Assembly (NCBI GenBank): GCA_964342815.1
Contig: CAYFHS010000014.1
Coordinates: 1 to 56,131, forward strand
Reading direction: 5' to 3'
DNA: 56,131 bases
Source of the DNA: an uncultured archaeon
GTDB taxonomy: Archaea; Thermoplasmatota; Penumbrarchaeia; JASLWR01
Both the position numbers and the translations under genes were made by a program. Under the pieces are notes generated by a model. The model saw nothing but the letters and a program-made list of their open reading frames with translations. It was not told the DNA's origin and did no database searches. This document shows positions 10,302 to 19,400 of the stretch, one piece after another; position 1 is the first letter of the stretch, and every line of letters starts with the position of its first letter.

Positions 10302-11128
10302 TCCACGCCCCCTCCTTTGGCAATATCAAGCAGATAATTCCCTAGTATTTCGGGGCCATTCGGCATATAATTGAAATTCGGAATAGCGTTAATGTCCGTA
10401 AGATAAAATTTCCCATTCTCGCAAAGGAAATCCATGGACGTTACACGAAGCCCCGTTGCCTTCATGGCTAAAAGAGCCATTTGTCTCAATTCCGGTATTT
10501 CGTCGATAGGTACTCGTGTTTCCATCTTGTTTGGATTTTCAAGAACGGGGGTTTGCCGATAAAAGAACAAGCGCGGACCAAACCCATAAACTTTGTACTC
10601 GTATTCCGACTCCACAAATCGCTGGTAGAGATGGAATTCGTTAATAATCGACCCCACTCCGGCTTCCTCACCGGTCTTTATATCGGGAACTTTACTACCG
10701 GCACCACCAACAAAGGGAAGCACATTTAGGTCGCGAAGGTGGTTCTGATCGATAATATTTTTTGCAATGAACTTATCGAAACTCGTGGGAGCTTCCCGGG
10801 CCAGGGCGAAATCCGGTACACGCACCCCTGCATTACGAGCAATATTAAAATGCATTAAACGGTGCATTGCGATCCAGACGGACCTGGCGTCATTTACCAC
10901 GATTATTCCCCTAGGCTTGCCGTACTCCTCTGCCAACCTTGCAAGAGTGAGCAGGACATAACCTTTCCCCTTAGTAAAAAAGACATTTTCATCAAAATTC
11001 ACGCCTTGAAAGTCAAGAAAAATATCTTCCTCGACGTATAATTTGACCTTTGCAGTTCTCTCAAGGTAGTCAACGAGAGACCTGATACGAGGGACCTCAT
11101 ATGCATTTGTGATTATGCCTACCTTCAT
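10298..11128 (-). CDS. ATP-grasp protein, ITPK1-like inositol-phosphate kinase candidate
   Basis: FFTKGK; LYQRFV..EYKVYGFG; TSMDF...YLTDINAIPNF, i.e. DIN rather than the RimK-type EVN. Confidence 0.72.
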   Translation of the reverse strand: MKVGIITNAYEVPRIRSLVDYLERTAKVKLYVEEDIFLDFQGVNFDENVFFTKGKGYVLLTLARLAEEYGKPRGIIVVNDARSVWIAMHRLMHFNIARNAGVRVPDFALAREAPTSFDKFIAKNIIDQNHLRDLNVLPFVGGAGSKVPDIKTGEEAGVGSIINEFHLYQRFVESEYEYKVYGFGPRLFFYRQTPVLENPNKMETRVPIDEIPELRQMALLAMKATGLRVTSMDFLCENGKFYLTDINAIPNFNYMPNGPEILGNYLLDIAKGGGVE

Positions 11129-11286
11129 ATCATATTCTCCGGCAGAGGTAATTGAGGATTATTATTTAAACATTTACAGCTTCCGGGGCAATCCAACTAA
11201 TTAATAATCAATCGATACGAAATGGTTAAATAAGATTTCAAAATTTATGAATCACCCTTAAAAATTCACTTTAATAGAGGTAGATC

Positions 11287-12102
11287 ATGGGATTGAGATA
11301 TGTAGGTACCTTGGCCGACCGGGATCACGAATTGATGAAGGCTCTGAATGGGGCTCTTGGGCGCCGCGGTATCAAAATGATTGATATCGGATCCAGCGGT
11401 ACCGTGGATGCCACCGAGCTGTCCCACCATTGTATCGAACTCGTCTTACCAAAGATCACCTCCTCCAAAGAGAACGCAAATCTATTAATAGACCTAAAAA
11501 AAAGCAATGTACGCTGCCTGAATGACCTTGATGCAGTGGATATCTGCCAGAGCAGACGAAGGATTTTTGCGCATTTTCGGAAAAGACTTCCACATCTGAA
11601 TTCGCCAAAATGCTTTGCCGAGATGAAGGATGTTAGGAATGAAATAAAGAAAGGAACTACAATATGGATTAGACGGGATGCGCACAATATTCCTAAAGAG
11701 GAGCGTATTCTGGGTCTGGTGAAATCCGAAAAAGAACTTAATGATATAATGAAAAACAATACATCTGAAGAATTATTTTTTCAGGAATATATGGGCCAAA
11801 AAAATGAGGTCTACAAAGCATACGTGATCGGGAACAAGGTATTCTGCCTCAAGGTTACGGGACCTCAGGATGGATGGGGAACGACCAGAAAATATTCAAC
11901 GGATGTGGTGGAGCTGCCCCGAGACATAAGGAAGATCATGTGTGAGATAGGTGAGGGTTTTCAGATGAATGTTTACGGCGTTGATTTCTTCTTCGGGGAG
12001 AGGGAAATAATTATTATAGATATCAATGATTTCCCAAGCTTCCGGGGTATCCCGAATGCAGTGGAAACAATATGCGATTTTATAGATGAGAAATTCCTAT
12101 AA
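11287..12102 (+). CDS. ATP-grasp protein, strongest ITPK1-like inositol-phosphate kinase candidate
   Basis: LVLPKIT; CLNDLDAVDICQSR; IRRDAH; FQEYM..VYKAYVIG; YGVDF...IIDINDFPSFRG. The order and spacing of these motifs follow ITPK1-family motifs as I recall them. Confidence 0.75.
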   Translation: MGLRYVGTLADRDHELMKALNGALGRRGIKMIDIGSSGTVDATELSHHCIELVLPKITSSKENANLLIDLKKSNVRCLNDLDAVDICQSRRRIFAHFRKRLPHLNSPKCFAEMKDVRNEIKKGTTIWIRRDAHNIPKEERILGLVKSEKELNDIMKNNTSEELFFQEYMGQKNEVYKAYVIGNKVFCLKVTGPQDGWGTTRKYSTDVVELPRDIRKIMCEIGEGFQMNVYGVDFFFGEREIIIIDINDFPSFRGIPNAVETICDFIDEKFL

Positions 12103-12154
12103 TATTATCGAAGTAAAAAAGTAATAAATGTTTATCCTATGTGAGGTGAAGTGA

Positions 12155-12943
12155 TTGAAAATAGGGTTATCCACCAGTATCTTCAAGGGCGAAACACTTG
12201 AGTTCATCCTTAAAATGGCCACATACCTAGAGATGGACTGGTTGGAGATAAAGACCGAACTGCTACGGGAGTCAATGGATGAAGCCGCAGAGTTGATTCT
12301 CTCTAAACCCGAATACTCAAAAATCGATAATTTTTCGGTACATTCGGCCCACAAGAACCTGAACCTGGTCAATATTAAACCGGAACAAATTGAAAGACAC
12401 GAAAAAGACCTGGATTTTGCACGAAAGATCGGCTCGGACAGGGTGGTCCTTCATGCAGGGTATTCCGCCGATGGTAATCACGATGAAGAGCTGGAAATCA
12501 TAATCCCAACCATAGAACATTACCTGGACTACACTGAGGGGACGGATATACAAATACTTCTCGAAAACACCATGTTCGGTCGGAACAAGCTCTGCAGCGA
12601 TACCAGAGAACTTCGATCTGTGTTGAAGAATATCGACCACCCGCGTCTGGGGGCCACTTTGGATATCATAAACCTGCTGGGAGTCAAGGAAGAAAAACAG
12701 AAGAAGCGCTACAAGAAGATCAAGGAATGGGTCCGGCATATACACATCAACTCCCTGCCGGTGTACCAAGGTGAGTTCAAGATGAAGAAATTCGTGAAAT
12801 ATTTCTTAAAGGAATTAAAATTCAAGAAGAAACTGAAAAAGGAGAAAGAAGAGAAGTACAATATACCGGTAATATTGGAAGGGAAGACGTCTCTTGCTAG
12901 AGAAATGCAGTTCTATAACGATCTCTGTAGAAGATTGAAATAA
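12155..12943 (+). CDS. Sugar-phosphate isomerase/AP endonuclease 2-type TIM-barrel protein
   Basis: SVHSAH, RVVLHAG, ILLENT, ATLDI, RHIHIN and VILEG metal-barrel motifs. Confidence 0.75.
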   Translation: MKIGLSTSIFKGETLEFILKMATYLEMDWLEIKTELLRESMDEAAELILSKPEYSKIDNFSVHSAHKNLNLVNIKPEQIERHEKDLDFARKIGSDRVVLHAGYSADGNHDEELEIIIPTIEHYLDYTEGTDIQILLENTMFGRNKLCSDTRELRSVLKNIDHPRLGATLDIINLLGVKEEKQKKRYKKIKEWVRHIHINSLPVYQGEFKMKKFVKYFLKELKFKKKLKKEKEEKYNIPVILEGKTSLAREMQFYNDLCRRLK

Positions 12944-12972
12944 TCAAGAATAAAAAATAATTGGTGTGGAAA

Positions 12973-13743
12973 ATGATCAAGAAAATATTCGTATATTTTG
13001 TGGGAACTGCTGGCTCGGGGAAGAGTACTTTGGCCCATTCTTTCGGTGAATGGCTCATTCAGGAAGGGGCCGAAATACTGCGGATCAACCTGGACCCGGG
13101 TGCGGACTCCCTGCCGTACGTACCCGATATAGATATAAGAGATTGGGTGAACCTCTATGACATAATGGAAAAATACAACTTGGGCCCCAACGGTGCACAA
13201 ATTGCAGCTGCTGATCGCATTGCAATGGAAGCCGCAAAGATCAAGGAGATCGTTGACGAGACTGGAGCCGATTATGTTCTTGTGGACAGTCCCGGCCAGA
13301 TCGAACTCTTCGCTTTTAGAAATTCATCAAGGGTAATAATCGAGCAGTTTGATATGAATCTGTCTCTTGCGGTGTTCCTCGTAGATCCATTTTTATCGCT
13401 CACCCCAAGCGGTTACATTTCTCAGCAGCTACTCTATATCACCTGCCAGTTGAGGTTCCCAATACCTTCGATAAACGTACTTTCGAAATGCGACATTATA
13501 GAGATGGAAAAAAAAGATATGATCATAGAGTGGGCTAATGACAGAAATGCGCTTTACAGCGCTGCGCTGGACGAAACCATCAGCCTCGGTGGTCAGTTCA
13601 ATATCGAGTTGCTGCGTTCCATTACGGACATGGATATTTCCAGCGTCATGTACCCATGTTCCTCGGAAACTCGTGAGGGGATGGAGGACATTTACAATAC
13701 AATCCAGCAGGTATATTCGGGCGGGGATGATATCGGAGATTGA
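12973..13743 (+). CDS. GPN-loop GTPase
   Basis: GTAGSGKST P-loop, INLDPG, LGPNG, DSPGQIELF and NVLSKCD. Confidence 0.92.
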   Translation: MIKKIFVYFVGTAGSGKSTLAHSFGEWLIQEGAEILRINLDPGADSLPYVPDIDIRDWVNLYDIMEKYNLGPNGAQIAAADRIAMEAAKIKEIVDETGADYVLVDSPGQIELFAFRNSSRVIIEQFDMNLSLAVFLVDPFLSLTPSGYISQQLLYITCQLRFPIPSINVLSKCDIIEMEKKDMIIEWANDRNALYSAALDETISLGGQFNIELLRSITDMDISSVMYPCSSETREGMEDIYNTIQQVYSGGDDIGD

Positions 13744-13863
13744 ATGGATCACCCACAGATGCCCACATACGTTCCGATGGATACGAAAGTATCCGAGGAA
13801 ACAGTGAACGTATACGGTCACGAGTTCCGAAGTGGATTCCTGCGGATGGAGAATACTCAATGA
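13744..13863 (+). CDS. Possible 39-aa small protein (MDHPQMPTYVPMDTKVSEETVNVYGHEFRSGFLRMENTQ)
   Basis: The ATG directly follows the GTPase TGA, and its own TGA overlaps the asparaginase ATG (ATGA). No homology evidence. Confidence 0.3.
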   Translation: MDHPQMPTYVPMDTKVSEETVNVYGHEFRSGFLRMENTQ

Positions 13864-14810
13864 ACGCGATAATCGTCCATGGAGGCGCATGGGCAATACC
13901 GGATGATATCGCCCGTGAGACAAGGAAAGGATGCCGTCTCGCCGCTTTACTTGGGAAGGAGGTGCTGGATAGCGGGGGCAGTGCGGTGGATGCTGTGGAA
14001 ACCAGCGTTCGAATCATGGAACTGGACCCGATCTTTGATGCTGGAAAGGGGTCGGTACTGACAATGAAGGGCGAGATTGAAATGGATGCCCTTATAATGG
14101 ATGGTAACGGTCTCAAACTGGGCAGTGTTGCAGCGGTGAAAAGTATCCTTCACCCCATCAGTCTTGCTAGAAAGGTGATGGAGGAGACACCACACTGTCT
14201 TATGGTTGGTCTGGGCGCTGACCTGCTGGCTGAGCGGTTCGGTTTCCCCCGAATGGAGCATGAGGATCTTCTCACTGCTGTGGAATTGGCGAGATGGGAA
14301 ATTATTCGGGATAAAGGTGATTTCGACATTCACCAGGAATTTCGATTACCGGAAGTAGGTGGACCGTCCCCGGTTCAGTCTGGTTTATCAGGTACTTCAC
14401 CCGGTCCCAGTGATACGGTGGGTGCCTGTGCACTTGACGATCATGGTAACGTAGCCTCTGCGGTATCCACCGGTGGGACCTCATTGAAGTACCCGGGGCG
14501 GGTAGGAGACACGCCGCTGGTTGGCTGTGGAGGATATGCGGACAATCGTTATGGAGCGGTCTCGGCAACTGGTCTGGGTGAATACCTGATGCGTTTTACC
14601 CTGTCATCGAGAGTGATGTACGGGCTGGAACAAGGTGGCAATGCAGAATATGCAGCAAGGGATGCCATAATAAAGATGGAAAATGATATTGAGGGTCTTG
14701 GTGGAGTGATCGTGATAGGCAAGGATGGCACACTGGGATTTGCTTACAATACACCGAGAATGGCCTATGCCTGGGTTGATAAGGATGGCAGGGTTGAAAG
14801 TGGTCTTTGA
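13860..14810 (+). CDS. iaaA: Isoaspartyl peptidase/L-asparaginase (Ntn hydrolase)
   Basis: IIVHGGAW; DAGKGSVL..EMDA; nucleophile segment DTVGACALD; STGG..GRVGDTP; ATGLGE. Start set at ATG 13860. Confidence 0.9.
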   Translation: MNAIIVHGGAWAIPDDIARETRKGCRLAALLGKEVLDSGGSAVDAVETSVRIMELDPIFDAGKGSVLTMKGEIEMDALIMDGNGLKLGSVAAVKSILHPISLARKVMEETPHCLMVGLGADLLAERFGFPRMEHEDLLTAVELARWEIIRDKGDFDIHQEFRLPEVGGPSPVQSGLSGTSPGPSDTVGACALDDHGNVASAVSTGGTSLKYPGRVGDTPLVGCGGYADNRYGAVSATGLGEYLMRFTLSSRVMYGLEQGGNAEYAARDAIIKMENDIEGLGGVIVIGKDGTLGFAYNTPRMAYAWVDKDGRVESGL

Positions 14811-14882
14811 CCTCAAAAAAGTGGATAAAAATTTAGGATATCGAGGGAGTCAAGTTCTTTCATATGATAAAACGGGGATCAA

Positions 14883-16373
14883 ATGAACGATAAGAACATA
14901 ATAACCAATCTAGATCTATCAAAACCCTTCTTTTTGGTAAAGATCGAGAGGACAATGGGTCCGCAAACGGGAAAATATTTCTGGTCACCAAACATGTTTC
15001 TGACTCACGAAGGTCCCGCAGGTTACGATATTCAGGATAACACGTTCATAACTGGAATAAAAATAAGTTCGAGTTTTTCACCCCCCATAAATGAATGTAA
15101 AATTGTATTTGATAACATTGCAGGACATACACCGGAAATCACCACCGGGGACCGGGTGGAGGTTTTTTTGGGGTACTACGAGAAAAAAGAAGCCTCCAAG
15201 GCTGATTACGCCAAGGTATTTACCGGATATATTACAGAGGTCGATCGGGGATTAACCCGAAGCACTGCCAGTGTGATCAGCAGAATCTCATCCCTTTTCT
15301 CACTGAGGAGACATATGGTGATTAACCGTGATACCATCGACAGTGTAATAGAAAAATTATCCTTGGAAGCGGAAGACATTGAAATAAACGAGATAAGTAA
15401 AAGCGACATACAAAAATCCCGTTTCATTTTTTCGGAGAGCGAAAACCTATATGAGAATATCTCTGAACTCTGCGTTCAGGGTGGGATGGACCTCTATATG
15501 GATGTTCATGACAAACTGGTTGCCAAACTATGGGAACCGGGACCCGCATCACCAGATGAGCCTGGCCTGGAAAGTGTTTATCCTGCAACGTTGGATGAGA
15601 CATCTACCAAACAATATATCCATAACTTCCATTTCGGATTGAATATCATAAACATGGAGATAAAGCATAAGAGAGCGGCAGTAAGTTCTCTTGAAATCCG
15701 GAGCTTTTCAAGTTACGGTGAAGAGAACGAACGGCAGTATTCCATCGAGCGTACCAGTGTAAAAAAAGATTTTGAAGATGATCAAAGGGATTTCCAGCCC
15801 CGGATGCAAAAAGTGATATTTCTCCCTTATACTCCCAGTGACAGTGCCGATATGATCGCCTCGAATCTATTAAAGTACTACAATTCCCGCTTGGAAGGCA
15901 GGCTCACGGCGATCGGATCACCACATGTACGCCTCAATGACGGCGTCAGGATTGCAGGGAAATTATTTGGAAAGATTCCCCTTGGTGATATTGGAGATCC
16001 AGAAAGCCAGTGGGACGCAGGCTATGGAAATGACAGGGCGGGGGATGACACTGGAGGCGGAAAAATTTTCCACGTTGTTGGTGTGGAGCACGTTTTTGAC
16101 CTTGACAAGGGATTCGTGTCCGTATTCGAGTTGGAGGAGAGAGAACCTCCTTTGCCTGAAGCTGAATTAATTGAAGTGGAAGAAGATGAGACCGAAAAGC
16201 GGGAAGAGATCACTGAAGAAATGGAAAACGAACTCTCTGGCGTATCCGAGATAGCCCCTGAGTTCCCACTTGTGGCAGAAGCGGAAGCTAGCCAACTTAT
16301 AGCAGCAAAGGAAGAGTTCAAGTCGAAACTGAACCGTCTTCTGGATACTTCGTCCCGAAGTTTCTCCCATTGA
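14883..16373 (+). CDS. Phage late-control-D / baseplate-hub (gp27/VgrG N-terminal)-like protein with acidic C-terminal extension
   Basis: GDRVEVFLGY...VFTGYITEV; L..QGGMDLYMD; GRLTAIGSPHVRLNDGVRIAG; FHVVGVEHVFD..GFVSVFEL. This pattern is typical of GPD-like hubs. Confidence 0.6.
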   Translation: MNDKNIITNLDLSKPFFLVKIERTMGPQTGKYFWSPNMFLTHEGPAGYDIQDNTFITGIKISSSFSPPINECKIVFDNIAGHTPEITTGDRVEVFLGYYEKKEASKADYAKVFTGYITEVDRGLTRSTASVISRISSLFSLRRHMVINRDTIDSVIEKLSLEAEDIEINEISKSDIQKSRFIFSESENLYENISELCVQGGMDLYMDVHDKLVAKLWEPGPASPDEPGLESVYPATLDETSTKQYIHNFHFGLNIINMEIKHKRAAVSSLEIRSFSSYGEENERQYSIERTSVKKDFEDDQRDFQPRMQKVIFLPYTPSDSADMIASNLLKYYNSRLEGRLTAIGSPHVRLNDGVRIAGKLFGKIPLGDIGDPESQWDAGYGNDRAGDDTGGGKIFHVVGVEHVFDLDKGFVSVFELEEREPPLPEAELIEVEEDETEKREEITEEMENELSGVSEIAPEFPLVAEAEASQLIAAKEEFKSKLNRLLDTSSRSFSH

Positions 16374-16429
16374 CCTATTAGTTATGGAATATTGGTAGAA
16401 TACAGATTAGAAGAGAAGGGGATAGATAT

Positions 16430-19400
16430 TTGGTTTGTAACTGTGTCGCTTGCCAGATGGGGCAAAGAGCCCTCGGTGAGGTCGAAAAAGCCAATGCTGC
16501 CGCTATAAAAGCAGTGTCACAGCTGGAGGAGGGAACGAATGGGATAATCGATCAAGCCCAGATGAAGCTCTCCGAATTTAACCAAAACGTTCTGAAAATG
16601 AAAAACGACTTAATAAGGGACATGGACACCGCGATGGAAACACTGGAAGAAAACATAAAAAAAATTGGACCTGAAATCAAGGAGAGGGGACGGAATGCCC
16701 TGGAAGAAGCGTTTTCACATATGGAATCTTTCCCCCAGATGTTTGAAGAAAAGCTTACCGGTGCAAAGGATGAAATCCTTGCTGGGATTAAAAAACAGGT
16801 TAAAATTTTATCTAACACCGCATCGGAAAAAATCAAAATAATGCGGGGGGATGAGGAAGAGAGTAAAGAACGTATAATATCTGCTTTCAATGAAACGATT
16901 GGCATATTTAATTCAAAGCTCGAAAAGGCGGTGGACGATATAGCTGGCCACATAGGCGATATTTCAATAAATATGAATGAGAAATTCGACACTGCCTATA
17001 AGGGAAAACAAAACTATGAAAAGGCTTCAGCAGAGCTGGAAAGCGTCAAGACCGATCTCAGATCAACATTTCTTCAAGCCACTGAAAAGCTATCGAAAGA
17101 TGTCCAAACAACCATCACGAATATTGAGACCCAGGTTGAATCAACGGTAAATGAAACCTTCGAGAGATTCATAGGGCTTATAGATGAGATGCCGGCAAAG
17201 GTGGAGAAGAGCATCAGCGGTATCTCTGACACGGTGAATGCAGTACTGATAGAAACCCTGGATGAAGCCTCTCGTCTCGCAAAAGAGCTGATATCCGACG
17301 CGAAAGATCGGCTTGGTGATACCATCAAGGAGATCGGCGACACCATCGATCTGATGATTAATGAAGGACTAGACCTGATAAAAGAGCTCCGCAATGAATT
17401 CGTTGAAGCGCTGGATGCGTTGGCTCAGCAGATAGAGGATTTCATTGAAATATCACTCAATGATATAAGAAGCGGTGCTCATTCAATATTGAACTGTGTG
17501 GAAAACGAGGTGGAAAAGGGGATCGAAGCTGCACGACAGGCCGTCAACGAGACCGTTCTTGAAATGGGTAAAAAGATAAATCAGCAAATAGAAAAAGTAA
17601 AGAACGATCTGACTCGGGAAGCGGAAAAGCATTCGAGGCAAATCAGGCTGATGGGAGAAGAAGCCTATTGGGAAGCCGAGGAGGCGTTCATCAATGCCGG
17701 TTACAAGGAGGACAAATCCGTAATACCGGACATACGGTCCAAGGGAGAGGAAGTAATTGCTGAAATACAAAAAACAATGGACGGGCAGTCGGATAAACTG
17801 GTCCGGGAATTCCAAGCTCAGGCTGACTTATTCTTGCCAACGATCACAGCGCAAGGGGAAAAGCTCGTAAGTGATGCAAGTGGTGCAGGGATAAAGGTTA
17901 CGGCAGAGTGTGTAAGGATCGGAACAACTCTTGCCTCTGACATTTCCAGTAAATCTATTGAATTTACCGATAGTTTCCGGAAGCTCAGCGACAGCATATC
18001 GGGGACTATTGACGGTAAAGGTACCGAATATATAGAGATGTGTTCGACGGATATGCAGGCAGCAGCGGATGAGATCAACCGGTCCGGAGAGGATTTCATA
18101 GAAAAAGCTCTTGATGCCACTACAGCTCTGATAGTAAAGATAAATGAGAGATTCGGCAAATTGGCCGGTGAGCTTCAGAGGGACGTACAAGAGCTCATAG
18201 AAAAGCTCGTCAAGCCCTTGAGAGATGCCATCAAAGATACTAAATCAAGTTTTGATGATCTCAATGACAGTTTAAGCGGGACTGCCGGAAATCTCTCAAC
18301 GGAATATATGGAAACGATTCAGGAATTTTCAGTCCAGATGAAGAGCATTATAGAGGAAGAGATGGAAAAGATAAGGGACGGGAGTATGGATGCTTTGGAA
18401 GGGGTTCATATGCTCAGAGATGACGTGGCAGGGAAAATCAAAGAGCAGGGTGGGACAATTATCGATGAGATCAAGAGCGGATACGAAAATGCACTGGAGA
18501 TAGGTGAAAAACTTGAAGAAATTCGAACTAAGGTATCGGTATCAGCAGATGGTCTTGAAAGCCAGGTGGTTCAAAACCGCGAGAAGATTGAGGTTTCCGT
18601 AAATAATTTAATAGATGGAGCAAACAGCGATGGACTTGACGCCTTAAACATTACGCTTAAGAATTTAAGAAACGAGGCGGAAAACGTGGTGGAAGGCTTG
18701 CCTCTGGAGCAAAGCGCGGGAATCCTTAAGGATAAATTTCGAGATAAAACGGAAGAAATAAAAGCCGCCAAAGACGAATTTCTGGAGATTGGAAATGAAG
18801 CAAAAGCGAAGATGGAAGAGGTCTCGGCAAAGAGTAATGAAGTCACAATGAGTGCATCGAAAACTGGAGCGGAAAGTGCGAAAGCTGCGCTGTCCGAAGC
18901 TGGCAATGCCGGGGGAGCTATCAAGGAAGCAGGGGGGGGTATCAGAGAAAAATTAAATGAAGCCGTGATGGCGGTGCAGGCTGCCGGTGAGGTGGGGAAA
19001 GCGGGAATGGAAGCGGCCAGGTCAGCGGCTCAGCCGGGGGCTGGTAAAAGGCAGGCGAGCGATAGCGGCGGAAGTACCGATAGAGATAGTATGGAAGCAG
19101 GGGGAGATGCGGAAAAGTCTGAGCATGACCGTGCGGATGACGGTGAAATGGGAATTCCTGATGAGGATCGGGATGAAGCCGGAATGGGTGTTTCGGAGGT
19201 GAAGACCGATATTGGAGAAACCGGGATTCCCGAAGCAGAAGGAGAAGATGGGGGGATCGGTATACAGAAGACAGCAGCGGATGAAGGAAAGGCTGGGATT
19301 CCCGAAGCAGATGGAGATGATGGGGGGATCGGTATACAGAAGACAGCAGCGGATGAAGGAAAGGCCGGGATTCCCGAAGCAGATAGAGATGATGGGGGGA

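Noticed and set aside
9531-12102. RimK/LysX/ArgX amino-acid ligases
   Set aside because: No EVN motif, and no lysW or lysine/arginine pathway genes nearby; DIN-type motifs fit ITPK1 better. Not formally excluded without a profile search.
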